Assembly (NCBI GenBank): GCA_010093605.1
Contig: MU004189.1
Location: 1,371,834-1,435,833, forward strand
Origin: Lophium mytilinum
Lineage: Eukaryota
DNA: 64,000 nucleotides
Direction of reading: 5' to 3'
Of this stretch, positions 22,185 to 35,861 are shown piece after piece (position 1 is the first letter of the stretch; each line of letters starts with the position of its first letter). The notes under the pieces are model-generated. The model worked only from the letters and a program-made list of their open reading frames with translations, ran no database searches and was not told where the DNA came from. Made by a program: the position numbers and the translations under genes.

Positions 22185-25100
22185 TTACGACACCGGCACC
22201 ATGACATCGAAGCATCCAGTCCCTACACCACTAAGCTTGCCCACCACAATTCGCGCGCTTGGATTCCGCAAATCATCCCAGTCTTGCTCGAGAACTGCAT
22301 CTCTCAAAAAGCCTAGTGTCGTCTCAAAGCTCATCTTCATGAACGGACTCATATTCCCCCTCATTCCCAGCCGGCTGAATGGCATAAAACCACCGCCCCT
22401 CGTCATGGTGTCGGCAACGAGGGTAAGATGGCGACGATCGACGCTAATGCCGTGACCTGAGAAGACGGCGTGCATCTCACGCACGATGCTCGCGCGGCAT
22501 GCTTCAACGCCATATAGTCGTAGCATGGCGGCAATGTCATTGGTGAAGAGGCGGTTAGGGTCTACGATATGCTGGTAGTCCCGCATGGCAACAAGGTTTT
22601 CTCCCTCAGTTACAACAATTGGGACCTCTACTGGCTTGCCAGTGGCCGGATCCATCGGGCCGTCTTCCTTCGAAAGGAGGCAATTGGCTATTCCAGGAAT
22701 GACCTGTATCGTCGCGAACTTGCAGGCGTCTTCGACGAGATGGAGCATGAGCAGTTTGGCTGTCGAAGCTGAGTATTCAAAGGTAATTTCGCACCACTTT
22801 CCGTGCTTATCAAATTTGGTGTTCGAAATGTCGGTATACGCGTGCATGATGCGTTCGCCGCGAACAGCAGCTGAACCGGCGGGGCGAGATTCGTCCTCGG
22901 TTTCGCTTTCTGATTCAGATCCTGATCCGTCAGGCACAGGCGAGTTTCCTTGTCGCGGGCTACCTCCATAGGTCTCGTCCTCTTCCGGAGATTCGTCTCT
23001 TACAGCTTGTGCTCTGATTGCTTCCTCCTCTTCGTCAGGTCCATCGAACTCAACGCTGTCTTCTCTTCTTCCACGCTGCTTGGCGCCAGTCGCGTCGTCC
23101 TCATCGTCGCCGTCGCTCTCAGCGTCTTCGTCTCCACCTTCTCTGATAGGATCGCCCTGCTCCACTTCCTCTTCGTCCGCTCCTGCATTGGCAGTCGCAC
23201 GCGCAGAGTTTCCTACTGAGGGTAGAGCGTCGGACTTGATACGCGAACTGGATTTGAAAGCTTTCTCTTGGCCCTTCTTCTTGAGGTCTAGCCGAATTAG
23301 CTTTTGAAGGCGAGGGATGAATTTCAATTCTAGTGAATCCTCCACGTCTTTCTGTTTAATGGCATACTCGCTACAATACTCCTCCGTTGGATAGAAGTCC
23401 AGGCGTACTTTGTATATTTTGGCTTCTTGATACGCGGTGCCTGGGCCTAGACTTTCCGTTACGGTCGCTTTGTCAACGACTGCCGATAATGGCAGTCGGC
23501 TGATACTCTTGGTGAAGGTGTCCGCATGTTCCATAGATATCTCGGGGTGCGGGTAGAGAGTCATCGAAGGAGTGGAAATATTGGCGCTGGCAGTCATAAC
23601 GATTTCTCGAAGACGAGGTATACCGAGTGTGACGTTCTTCGCCGAATGTCCCGCCAAATGGAAGGTGTTCAGAGTCATCTGCGTAGATGGCTCCCCAATC
23701 GACTGTCCGGCCACAACTCCAACAGCTTCCCCAGGCTCGACGACGGATTTGAGGTATTTGACGTCTAAGGCAGCCTCAAAATTCTTTCGGACAACTTTAT
23801 CTCCGGGGTCTTTCCTCTTCTTCTTGAGGAGACTATCTGGGTTTTCATCACAGTACTGATTTGACGCGTTAGCTAGTAGAAGACAGGTCTATGAAAAGGA
23901 ACTTACCTCTTTGCGGGCAGCGTAAAATTGCTCCGAGGTACTACCGCAATGCCGAGTAGGAGAAAACATAGAAACTGCTGGATCCATAGCTGCGAGGTCG
24001 CCAGTTTTTCGGTACTTCTTGTACGCAGCTTTGGTCCACTCTGTCGCGTCCTCGCTCCTTATTTTGCCAAACGCCTCTTCCATATTCAACGTTTGGATGA
24101 GAGACCAGAAATTTTCCGCCTGGAACTTGAAGTCATTGAGATATTTCTGCTTCGTTGGGTCAAGACCGTCTTCTCCGTAGAGGAACTGGACCATGCTTCC
24201 GTCTGCGTCACGGACGGAGGTGTCATATTCGACTTTGAGACCTTCCATACCCTTTACGATACATCGCTGCAGGTACCCAGAGCGCGAGGTTTTGACGGCA
24301 GTATCAATCAAACCTTCGCGTCCCGCCATGGCGTGGAAGTAATACTCTTGTGGCCGTACACCAGTCAAAAATCGATCCGTGATATAACCACCTGCTCGTA
24401 CGTTCGAGTCGAAAGGCTTGAAGCAAGGCAATGACTTGCCGCTGACCATAATCGGAACTCGTTTGCCTTCTAGAACCTGCTGTCCAAGATTACACGAGAT
24501 TTGATTCGCGTTCACCATACTGCCCTTTGCACCGGAACCTGTCATGGTCTGCATCTGGTTCTTTGGGAAAGGTTTGATTAGTCGATCAGGAAGACATGCG
24601 TCGGTCACTTTTGTTGATATGTCCTTTGTTTGGCCGTTGGTAAGGACGTCGAGGCCATCCTGTTTCGAGGAGTCCCGAAGTACTTGCTCCAGCCTTCTCC
24701 GCAATTCAGGGTCGTTGGGAGTGATCTTGTCCGCATCTAACGATACGTACTTGGCTGCAACCTTAAGACCGACTGTATCCACTCCCTTCAACTCTTCTCT
24801 TCGTTTCTTCTCTCCCTCGGAAGTGAGAATCAGATCTTCAACACCGCAGGAAAATGCTCGCATGTGGAGTAACTTGGTGAGTAATCGACCGAGGACACTA
24901 AGCAATCTTCCGGCGACGGTATGACCATATGCCTCATAGATGGCGTTGACGAAACCTCCGGGGCTTGGTCCGATCTGACTCTTGTCCAAAATACCACATA
25001 GCAGGTCTCCGTCATGGAAAATCACATTCTGCTCTTCGTGCTTCTTGTCTCCCCACAATGTCGCCTTGGTTTGAGAGCTTGATGTCAATGTCAGCCCTGG

Positions 25101-27519
25101 ATGAGTAGTGGGTTTGATGTTCCGTAGCACGGTAGTAATGACTTGCTTGCCTGTCCACATTGGCCGAGGCTTGATGATCGCAGGAGTGATGGTGACCAGG
25201 GTGCCAGATGTCGTGTGGCTATCTTCTGGTCGAAGACACGCGTAGAGCAGTTGCTGATAATCCTCGCGGTTGAAAAAAGTATCTCGATTTGTGAGCCACA
25301 CTCCCATCGAAATGTGATCCTGAATAAGACCTCGCAGGGGTTTTCCAGCAGTGGCTGATAGATACTGATGGTCTGTATCTGCAATCGTGGCTGCTTCTGC
25401 CCTAGCGAGCTCATTTTGGGGGAAATGCATATTCATCTCGTCTCCATCGAAATCGGCGTTGTAAGTGTTACAGTTGGCGTAATGCATACGAATGGTCTTC
25501 TCTCCAGGCAGCACTCTAGCTCTATGCGCCATCATGGACGGTTTGTGCAATGTCGGTTGACGATTCATGATCACAACGTCTCCGTTGTTAAGATGCCGAT
25601 GTACCTTCTTGTTGATCGCACCATTAACACTCGTGTTCGAAGGGGCAAGAAGCTGATTGGCGAGCGCTTGACGTTCCTCGATGTTTTTCTTCTTCAGATT
25701 GATGACCTGGCCAAATTCGTTCTCGATAGCGACAGCCCCAGGCCACTTATCAGGGCCATTCAGAACAGCTTCCTTCAAGTCGTAGAAGTTATGATTCGTC
25801 ACCGGCTCTGGGTAAGTCAACTTCCTGGCGAAAACTGGGGGCACGCCGATTTCGTTCGTCTCGATGTTTGGGTCGGGGGAAATGACACTGCGAGCAGCGA
25901 AATTGACTCGCTTGCCCATCATGTTCTTTCGAAATAGACCTTCTTTCTTCTCAAGCGTCTGTTTGACACCGTCCGCGTTCATTTTACCGGCTGCGCCTTG
26001 AAGGGGATTGCTGTCTTTGTCCACGATGGAGTTCACCGCCTGCTGGAGACTTACCCAGGCATCCTGTAGATCGTTGAAATCTCGTTTCCTATAGCCTCCT
26101 TCTCTTTCTTGACCGCCTAGCTCATTGTTTATTTGGCGCAACAAGTCAGACGCCGTGAGAACGTTCTTGTAGGTGCTATTTTTCGGGTTCTCTGCTATCG
26201 AACCGCCTGCTTTTGCTTCCGGGCGGTACTTATTGGGAGGAACAAGGACGTTATGCATGAAGAACATATCGGCGCTGATGCTTGGAGAATTCGAATGTGA
26301 CTGAGGACTGTAAACTAATCCAAGGAGTTCCGCCTCTTTCTCAAACAGAAGTTTCATGGCTGCGAGGACCTCAGAAGGAGTCATGTATTCCTGTTTAGCG
26401 TATTCGACTGTGCCCTTTTTGGTGGGTGCAGATGTCCTAGTTTCTTCCGCGATGAAATTCTCATTGTCCTGTTCCAAGTCGATCATCTCCTCGTCCTCGC
26501 CCTCGTCCTCGTCTTCCTCCTCATTAGATTCAGCAGTTAGATCTGCAACACCTTCGTCCGCATGAACACGGTTGGCTTTGCCTTTCGTGACAACCTTCTG
26601 CTTCTTCTGCATTATCAAAATCGGATTTTGCATACGCTTTCCCGCGTTAATCATGTTCGCGCGGTCCTTGGAATTGATCGGTTTCCGAAAAATCTTTACA
26701 GATTTGTCTTTTCGGTATTGCGGATTGACTCTATAGGAAAGTTAGCAAGATGCGTTGTGTTCCTATCGCATGGTACTCGCCCTTTGCAGTTTTTGCAATT
26801 CTTGCCTAGGACCATTTCCGAATAGAGGTCCTTCACAACTGCGCGACGTGCATCGCCCACTGCTTCCGTTTTCTCCATAGACCAGTCACTGTTTTTCCGA
26901 ATGCCAGCTTGCTTGATCATTTTGTTCACATAGGCGTCTCGTTTTGCGATCAGCTCATTCGCGTCTTCGTCCTCGTCCTCGTCATTTGAGCTATCCCCAG
27001 CACCAGCTGCCTTCTTGCGTTTGCTATTACTTGAAATCTTTTTATCGATATCTTCAGATTGCTCAAGAAGGCCGTGAGTGATTAGGCGGAGCTTCGAAAT
27101 GTATAGGTTGACTTTCGTTTGAGGGAGCTTTAGGTGGTGGCAGTAAACACATTTAGCCCTGAGGAGCCGTAGACACTGGTCCATGAATGTGATGTGGTAG
27201 ACTGGTAAGGGTAGCTCAATGTGGCCGCAGTGTCCAGGACAGCCAAACCCGAGTTTACATGTTGAGCATCTGGTCGCAAAGCTTTGGTCAGACTGCTGGA
27301 CTATGCATGAGTGGAGAATGCGAGTCTGTAGACTTACGGATTGTCGGCAAAGACCCCCAGAGATGAATCATACAGCCCGCCCGGCACTGGATGTAAGAGG
27401 GTATCGAAGGTCGTCGGGTTCGTAATTCGTTTTACGGATAATGCGCGGATATCGTCCGGTGATAGGAAGCCGAACTCGACGCCAGAAATGGCCGAAGACA
27501 CTGGCTGTGAGGTGTTCAT
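22185..27519 (-). CDS. RPA1: DNA-directed RNA polymerase I largest subunit
   Basis: [10 protein letters not shown] zinc finger; [37 protein letters not shown]; catalytic [29 protein letters not shown]; Pol I-type acidic insertion; no CTD heptads. Confidence 0.97.
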
Positions 27520-27683
27520 GGTGATATTGATTGGACCTCTAGTCCTGTGCTCCGTGCGACAAGTGAGCGAAGCTCGACGGAGCTCAAGAACTGAAGCTTG
27601 CGGGTCGAGATTGGGAGCAAATCGCGGGACCAGAAATTTGCGAAGTTCTGCTGCCAAGAGTTTGGCGGTGAGAGTTTTCGGGG

Positions 27684-27693
27684 ATCACGTGAT
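27684..27693. promoter_or_regulatory. E-box palindrome ATCACGTGAT (Cbf1/bHLH-type site) upstream of RPA1
   Basis: Perfect 10-bp palindrome about 165 bp upstream of the RPA1 ATG; function inferred only. Confidence 0.35.
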
Positions 27694-27720
27694 GCTCCAG
27701 TATGCATCCCCTGGCATCCT

Positions 27721-27979
27721 GGCACGCGGGGGACAGAAAAAGCGGTACACCAGAACCGCTTATCGTTTTCAGAACACAATTACGCCCCAACGCTCTGAAA
27801 GAACAATATTTGGAAAGCAAATGAAAATAATCTTCAGAAGCAGCTCTATCCGTCGGTCTTATTTTTGTACTGTTTTATGAAGTAGTAGTGGCTGTAGACT
27901 GCTTTACTTTAAGGTGTATTTCGCTGACCTAAGCGATTTTGGTGGTTTGGTGTACCGCTTTTTCTGTCCCCCGCGTGCC
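27721..27979. mobile_element. MITE-like non-autonomous element with perfect 32-bp terminal inverted repeats
   Basis: GGCACGCGGGGGACAGAAAAAGCGGTACACCA at 27721-27752 is the exact reverse complement of 27948-27979. The interior is AT-rich and non-coding; the direct repeat CCTGGCATC occurs at 27710-27718 and 27987-27995. Confidence 0.8.
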
Positions 27980-28439
27980 TGGCATGCCTGGCATCATCAT
28001 CCCTACGCGTCATCTCCTCGTCTCTATCATCTTGTCGCGACTTATATCAAGTCTCGGAACTCCATCGAGCCCGAAAGGCTGTGAATGAGCAAGAACATTC
28101 CGGGTATGGTCAAGTGATGGGATACAAGTATGTACCCCTTCCGGATAGATTAGGTCCAGCGGCGCACTGGAATACCAATGATACCTATATTCTAATACGT
28201 GCTTATGACTAGATATTACGCACTAGGCCAGTCGCTAATTGATACTTTCTAGTTCAAGGCTTCGGACATTTCAGGACGGAGCTTAGTGGGGTTCCTAGCA
28301 TTATTCTGGTTAGAGATAACGGGTGAATGACAACAAGCCTGCCATTTATAGCCTGCATACAAAGCAGCAAACTAGCAAAGTAGCTACTCATTCCCCCGTT
28401 CCTCATCCCCACCCGCCTCCAAACACCCAGCAACCCACC

Positions 28440-29876
28440 ATGTCTGGGTACGTCAACACCCGGGGCATTAAAGTCACCCATAACGGTCTTGACTTCATGT
28501 ACTCTGGAGATGGCCTCCTTCGTCTCGGCTATAAGTTTGATGGTGATACCGTTACCCATCCTCGCCACTACAAGACCGGCACGGTGATGAAAGTCTACAA
28601 AGCTGCCTCCAAGAAACCCCGAAACTGGTGGCGAGCGCAGTGCGCATTCCGTGGTGTACCGGAAGATGGAGAGAAAGAGATGTTATGGAAGCTAAAGGGG
28701 GCCGCGCCGAACGTGGTGTTGCCGGAGCTCGTTGAGTTGGAAAAGGAGGTGAAGACGAGGTGGGATGCCAAGCATGAAGCAGCGGTGAAGCGCGAGAAGG
28801 CTAAGAGGGAGAAGGCGAAACGCAAGATCGTGGATGATAAGATTAAAGCTTTGACGGTTGCGCTGCTAGATAAGGAGTCCGAGCAAGAGGTCCTCGTGTA
28901 CAAGAATGACTGGCACGGTGTTGAGGAAGCGGCGGAGTCCTTGGGGTTGGTCGTCAAAGCTTTCGACTGGGCTCAAGTTCGGAGACGTTTTCCATGTGAT
29001 CAGTACTACGGCTTGTGCATTGTCGTTGGAACGAGCGAGGCCGCAGTAGATGCCCAGCTGGCAACTCTCCGGCAGGAGGAGCAAGATCTTATTAAGGTCA
29101 AAGAGCAGGCAGCACGTGAGCGAGAGCAGGTGGAGGAACTACGAGAGCGAACTGAACGCGAGGAGCAAGCCCGTAAAGTGGCCGCCGTTGCGAAAGAATC
29201 AGAGAGGAACGGCTCATGGGATGTCACTGGTACTTGGAAAATCTTCTCAGATGCTATCGAGGAAAAATACCTATGTGACGACCGCGACGGGATGACTTTG
29301 ACTATCTATCGACACGTAGACAAGAAGGGGCGTATCCAGATGTATGCCGAGTTCAACTTCAGCATCTGCGAAGGATGGATGCGGTTCGAAACGCAAGACG
29401 AAGCCGCGAAAGCAATGGATGCTCGGGCCTCCACCGGTCAGAAACGAAAGCGCCACGATGATTCCGATGAGGATGAAGATGAGGATGAAGATAAAGACGA
29501 AGACGAAGACGAGTATGGGTACGATAGCGATCACGCCTCCAATGATCTAAGCCAGAAAATCTTTTATCTTCTACCCACAGAGGTCCCATCGCTAAGTGAA
29601 CCTACTTGGACTTATCGCTGGCGTGGACGCGAGACTGGCGAGGGTGAGATTGAAGTTATGGCAGATCAAGAGAAAGAAATGTCAATGACCTTCAGTGGGC
29701 GAGGTGGGGCTAAGCTCAAAGGTACGTGGTCTTGTCAGAACTATGTAGGCACTGTCGAGTTTCACGGCTTCAAGACGTCCATGGGGATTACACCAGACCG
29801 CGTCAGGATTCAGTCCGAGTGGCGTAGTCTAAGTGAGAAAGCTTGGAACCGGGAATGCGCTAGAAGATGGCATTGA
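28440..29876 (+). CDS. Uncharacterised fungal protein with coiled-coil segments, a D/E tract and a beta-rich C-terminal domain
   Basis: Long intronless ORF from ATG 28440; WWRAQC, GSWDVTGTWKI and YRWRGRETGEGEI motifs; acidic tract near 29460-29512. Confidence 0.75.
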   Translation: MSGYVNTRGIKVTHNGLDFMYSGDGLLRLGYKFDGDTVTHPRHYKTGTVMKVYKAASKKPRNWWRAQCAFRGVPEDGEKEMLWKLKGAAPNVVLPELVELEKEVKTRWDAKHEAAVKREKAKREKAKRKIVDDKIKALTVALLDKESEQEVLVYKNDWHGVEEAAESLGLVVKAFDWAQVRRRFPCDQYYGLCIVVGTSEAAVDAQLATLRQEEQDLIKVKEQAAREREQVEELRERTEREEQARKVAAVAKESERNGSWDVTGTWKIFSDAIEEKYLCDDRDGMTLTIYRHVDKKGRIQMYAEFNFSICEGWMRFETQDEAAKAMDARASTGQKRKRHDDSDEDEDEDEDKDEDEDEYGYDSDHASNDLSQKIFYLLPTEVPSLSEPTWTYRWRGRETGEGEIEVMADQEKEMSMTFSGRGGAKLKGTWSCQNYVGTVEFHGFKTSMGITPDRVRIQSEWRSLSEKAWNRECARRWH

Positions 29877-30189
29877 ACGCTTCAAGCGTATGATGTCAGA
29901 GCTGGAGATGGTCGACTGTGTAAAAAGAAGGCATGAAGAGGATGGTGCGAGGTCACCACTCGCCTAGAAATGTTGCATCACGACCCGTGTAAGCCAATAG
30001 GCACTTTATTTAAGCTGCTTCTCTTTCGAGGGAGTTCAAAAGGATTCAAAGACTGCTACCTCGTGATCCAGCATATCATGGCTTGTACATAGGGTAAATC
30101 TATTCACACGCATACATATCTACATACGCACATATCCTTCCTCGAACTCCTAAATATCCCAAATCACCTCCAGTTCTCCGAATCCAGCC

Positions 30190-32893
30190 CTAAGACGCGC
30201 CTCCTAAACCCGCCGCATACGCCAAATACCATGTCCGACTCGCGCCTCCATCCAAATGGGTATAATCGAAATCGTCCGCCGCAAAGAAATTGTACGAACT
30301 GACCGGATCCACCAGCGCCAGATTCGCATACAATATCCCCCTCCACCCTCCCTCAACCGTATCCGCGTACCCGTTGCCGAAATAGGTATCCCACTCTTCT
30401 TTTACAAACGTCTTAGTGCGCGTGTAGCTGGAAGAAGGGTTGAGCGGGATCATATGGATGCCTTCGATGTATTCAGGGTTGGCGCCGAAGTAGGTAGTGT
30501 GGTCGACTTTGCTTTCGAACAACTACTCTCATGTTAGTATTGATACTCAAACATCAGCGTCAAAAGCATGTGTGTGTACTTACAATCCCAGTGACCTTGT
30601 TGGGGATAAACTTCGCTGGCTGCACCTTATTCGTGCTTTCCAGCAAGAAGTAGTGTTGTAAGCTCCTCGCATGCACAGCGAGCTGCAAATTCCCCCTTGC
30701 CTCCATGTTCGCATCCCCAATCACTGCGCCCCACATCTTTATTGCGTAGCTCGCGAATGCGTCTTCGGAGCTCGACTCCTCGTCTTTTCCGTCCCCGGAA
30801 TCGAAGAGGCCCTTCGCCCACGAGTGACCGTGGAACCAGTCGAACGACCGCTGGAACGGAAAGTACGGGTCGTCGGCAGATGGATTCGCGAAGTCACGCA
30901 CGAGCATGTTTACCCAAGCTTTGTTGTCACCCTCGGTCAGCCAGCTGGGATCGAGGTAGCCGATGACGGCGGCGGCGTAGACGAAATAGCCGTAGTGGAA
31001 GTGGTGGTCGTTGTACACGGAGTTGCCGAAGTCGACGCCTGTGTCGCCGGTGGTGTAGGCACCTGTGGAGACCGCGCCTTTCCAAACGGTGTCGTAAGCG
31101 AGGGGGTACTGTTGGGTATTGTTGACGAAGACGTTGAAGACTAATTGATATATTAGCGTTGAGGAGTATGTATGTCGAGGAGTAATCCTACCGTCCTTGA
31201 GTTTATCTAATCCAGCCGCAGCGAGTCCGGAATTGCCAGCCAGATCTTGCATCGTGTATATTACACCTGCAAACTTAGCAAGTCCCTTACCGCTGTAGTA
31301 CATGCTGTCCAGAACTGACTGTGCCACGAAGTCCTCGTTCAGCTCAGTTGCCGCAGCGTTGTTGATTGCCGTAATGGCTGCAGCGGAGAGCTGGTTTCCA
31401 ACACTTCCCTGACCACCATTGCCGCTCGATTGCCAAGGAGCGAATCCAATCTCTGTTGGAAGTCTCCCCTCGATCATAGTAATGCTGTCAGCTATCACAG
31501 CCTGGGCGTTGCCTTTCGTGATGGTCGTCATGTTGATATCAGTGAGCGCGTTGAATGTGGTGTCGTCGAAAGAGTCGACGAGATGAGGAAGAGCGAACAT
31601 GATCAACGACTGATTTTGAACTCCCCCCTTCTCCCAGGCCAGCGTATAGCTTCCAGAGTGAGCATCGACGGAGGCAGAGATCGATGAGCTTAGCGCGAAA
31701 GATCCAGCGGACGCGTCGTACGAGTTCTCTCCACTGGTTCCGGCAGGATTTTTTGCAACTTGAATAGAACCTTGAAACTTCTCGGGCCCCAGGATGGTTG
31801 TGCTATTCTTGAGAGTGAATGGAGGTGCTCCAAGACTGCCGGTTGGGGTGGCATAGAGAAGCCAATCGGTGCCATCGTTAAGTACGATCTGGTACTTGAA
31901 AGTGGCACCATTCAGCTCGCCAACATACTGCAGTGTCTTGAAGAAGATCCCGCTCTGGAGAATTGGAGACCCTCCGGTGTAGACTGCAGTAACGAATCCC
32001 ATGCCTTGCACCAGGGGGAACGTGACGATTGTCTCATCCTGCGCAGATGGGGCAAGATTGACGTTTGCAGAAAAGCCCTGAAGGGTATCTGTTGAGAGGA
32101 CAGTAGATTCGCCAAGTTCAGTCGCAGAGAAGATGATGGCCTGTAGACCAACAGGGCCAATGAAATAACGCGGAGGATCGCCAGAATCCCATGCCAGTTG
32201 GCTTGGCTCCGTGTGCGAGACTGCTAGGCCCCAACTTTCAGCATTTCCTCCCCCTTTGGACCAGCTCACCGAGTATGGTTGTGTCCATGTCGGATTGGAT
32301 TGCCCGCCTAGGAAGAAGTTTGCATAGAACTTGTTTGTTTCGTAAGGGGTGTCTTGAGGGTATATGTTAAGCTGTTTGACAGGGTGGTCGGATCGTTGTT
32401 TGATTTGTGCTGGTGGTGCGTCCGTAGCAATCGGGACGAAAATATTCGCAGAGGTCGGTCCAGTTGGAACTTGATATAGAGGGACTAGGGTGGTGGTAGC
32501 AGGAGCCAAAGATCCCTCGGGAGATGGCTGGCTGGTATTGATTGGAGAGCCAGTCTCATGGCCAGAAGGAAGTGCCGTGTTTACGGACTACAGAACGTCA
32601 GATGTTGTGTGACTGGATCAGGCTATTCGAGATTGCTTTCCGATGTCTTTTTCGGCCAAATGGGGGATACGAAAATGAATGCTTACTCCGGTGACAGTTG
32701 GAACAATGGTAGGCTCCACGGATTGCAGCGAGGAGAGAACAACAATACTATAACTCGTAGTGACATCTAAGCTGGACGATGGAGGAAGGCTTCTAGGGTC
32801 AACATGTACAGGGTCCCGCCTGACATCCCCAGCTGGATGAGCAGATATCAAGCTGGCGTGAAGGAAAGCCAAAAACAAGCTGTGATTGACCAT
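30190..32893 (-). CDS. Secreted GH81 endo-1,3-beta-glucanase (Eng1/Acf2-like)
   Basis: Signal peptide at 32893; ETNKFY; FPLVQGMGFVT; DFGNSVYNDHHFHYGY; FDWFHGHSWAKGLF..DGKDEESSSED; IEGIHMIP. Introns 32588-32686, 31141-31191 and about 30526-30582. Confidence 0.93.
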
Positions 32894-34767
32894 CTTGAAT
32901 TGAAATGAACGAGTGTGTTGAAAGTAAAGCTGCTTCAAGCAACTGCTGAAAAGAGTGTATATAAAAAAGAGTGACGGTTGCTAAGAAGCGGCAAAGGAAT
33001 GTAAAGGTATCACCGGAAGAATGAAGTGGTACACCCGACGACCACCAACTATGGCGCACTCCCATTTCTTTATCATGTCTTGAAGATTAAGCACGGGGCG
33101 TCTGCATGTTTCGCATTAAACAAGCTAAAAGGTAAACGCATCCGTCGAATCAGAGTCTGAGGTGACCTCGATGCTCATAGCGGTGGTGGGGAGCAGCGCG
33201 CATGGGGCTGCCATCCCGAAAGAACGGCATCCCGGAGATCAGGAACATCGCGGCACGGACTTCCCATTGCCTCGAGGCAGGTGGTTGCAGGGAAGTGGAA
33301 CAAAGCAACTCCCAGGCCTTCCTAGACCCTCGTTGTGGTACCTGAAGACTCTAGAAGCACACCGCACCACATAGTAGGACAAGAAGTAAGCACGCAGCAA
33401 CGGACAAGACTACGGAATAGAGAGCTCAGGATCCTAGCAGTTAGACGTGGCGGAGGTGGAGAAAAGTACGCGCAAGAAACGACACGTAAATCGAAACGTC
33501 AAACAAGGAGGAGGTACTTCCCAGCAAGTCATCGATACCTATGAGCAGTTTAAGTGTAGTCATTTGGTCTAGTTGCAGCATTGGTCCTTGTCCAGATGTG
33601 ATCCCAACGAGCTTGAATAGACACACAATGGAATGAGGGGTGAAGGACCAGATGTGGGTCTGAGGTATTCGCAATTCGGGGAGATCTCAAACAACAAGAC
33701 TACCTTGAATACCCTCATTTGGACTCCGATTGGAAAAGGAAGGAGATGAAGAATAGCGAAGAACAGCCATATGAAGACTACGCGCCGCCATTGAGTAGTG
33801 TAAAATACTGTAAATTTCTGCGTGTCACAGTCGTTAGCACTTGAGTATGAAGGATGTGAAGAGGTCATCCGGCTCAGCCTCTCGAGAACGAAGGGTCTAT
33901 GGTGTGCAGGAGCCAAAGCCGCCGAGCAAGGGTAGCGGTCGAGGTGATGTTTGAGGTTTGATGGTGTTACAGTTTCGATGGCGCAGTCGGCGAATCCGGT
34001 TGAAGAGCATGGATGCTGCGGCTTGCAGCCTTTCCCGCACCCTGCTCATCCATCTCCCGCTGGACTGCCGGCATCACAAGCCTCTTTTGCCCTTACTGTG
34101 GAGATCGATTCGGCAGACGCGAAATGCTGCTGATTGAGACCCGTTTCACAGGCTCGTTGTGGGGCGAACAGTTGACAAATGACAGGTACGTTACTCGGCG
34201 ATGGGTGTACACCAAGTCCACTACGACAACCGCCACCACCTCATCGGTACCTTTGTGCGATAGAGGAGAGGTACAAAATTGCCACTTGACCGATTACGAA
34301 CCCGAGACTCTCTTGTATCTTAGCAACCATGAGCTGTCGTCCGGCCTGGGCCTCCAGGCCGGTCTCTGTCTCCACCACCATATTGGCGGTCTAATTTTCT
34401 TTTCGGACTTTGTCTCTTAATAAATCGAGATACACTCCGTATTTACGTGGCAACCCGTTCCTTACAGAGAGGCATTTCGTCTTTCGATCGTTTTTTTCAG
34501 CTGCATCAATACACCTGTCCACCATCACCATTGACGGAAATTCGAGGAGGGGCTGATGGCTCGAGTGCATAGAGGGCTCTCTGATGCAATTTACAGAATA
34601 CCTGCAGTGACTGCATCGTATCTATGTAGCTTCTACTACTATAGTCCATAAACTCTAAATCGTTATCCTTTAGGACCCAATACTCCAAGGCTTTACCATA
34701 CCTGTCAAAGCATCTCAAAAGAAAGACTCAAAACAGCCGAACGAGAGGCACACATCCGCCCAGAAGT

Positions 34768-35861
34768 CTACTTAACCTGCTGATACGAAGAGAGGACGAC
34801 ACCCTCCTCCGAATCAAGAGACTCCTTCCCAGCCGACTTCCTCCCTCGCAACGACCAATTCGACTCGGCCCAGAGGCCCTTGAAAACAAGGCCAGGATGA
34901 CAAATTGTCAGAAAGAAACAAGCAATGATAACAAATGGGCCTTCGAAGATCATGAATAGCGCTTCGTTGTTCGCCACCGAGCCGCCAAAACCAGACTGCA
35001 GCTCGATCACACGGAAAATAGATCGAATCAAGATGGCGAAAGTAGCGACCGCGAGACCTGTTTCAAGTTAGCAATGTTTCCAGGGGCAAGCGCTGGTCTA
35101 TACGTACTCCACTTGAAATACTTGAAATACTTGCTTGCCCTGAGCTCAGAAAACTTTTGGTAGTTGCTCTTCGGCGCCCGATGCACGCGCAGGGCATAGT
35201 CACCCGCTAGACCGATGAAGACCAGCAACGAGAAGACTTGGAATGCCAAACCCGCCACCATGATGTTCGCTCCCATATCCGATCCAGCCTTGTCGTTCGC
35301 CGTCGCCGCAATCGCGCCGCCGACGGATTGGAGTAGCAGAGAGAAGAAATCACATCCACAAAAGATGAACATGTATGTCTTCGGTTGGAATCGTGAGCTG
35401 TCGGGTCCGTATGCCATGATGATTCGGCCGAGGCATAGATAGATGGCGGCCGAGAGGAAGGCTGGGCCAATTGTGAGGGGTATCAGGTATCTATCGTCGC
35501 CGTCCTTGTCAGCTACTACATTTCCGGCACCGACGTCGTTGAGTTCTTACAGTAGGAAGCTGTTAAAGTCAAAGGGATCACCGTGTAGCATAACACGTCC
35601 TGCGTATCCCAGAACCTCAAGTACTATCCCGCAGAACATCCCAACAAAGAAGCCCCATGTTTTGTGTCGGATTCCGAAGAAGCATTGCGCAATGAAGAGG
35701 ACAGCGAAGATGATGAGGTAGATGAGGTTGCCGGCGAGCGATGGGAGGTACTCGACTTGGGCATAGTCGAGCGAGCAGATGGAGACGGTGCAGAGATATT
35801 CTGGAATCGCGGTGCCGTTCTTGGCGTATACGTATTGGATGGTGTCGTTTGACTGTGTCAT
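34768..35861 (-). CDS. RTA1/RSB1-like lipid-translocating exporter family 7-TM protein; 3 exons
   Basis: YLPSLAGN, LEVLGYAGR, IGPAFLSAAIYLCLGRII, DFFSLLLQSVGG, AGLAFQV, RSIFRVIEL and HPG motifs. Confidence 0.9.

Noticed and set aside
32532..32587. Possible 3-nt microexon in the GH81 gene
   Set aside because: The exon starting at 32587 reads through in frame (SVNTALPSGHETG...), so a single intron suffices.
33100..34700. Scattered small ORFs between the GH81 and RTA1-like genes
   Set aside because: No homology cues; consistent with promoter and intergenic DNA.
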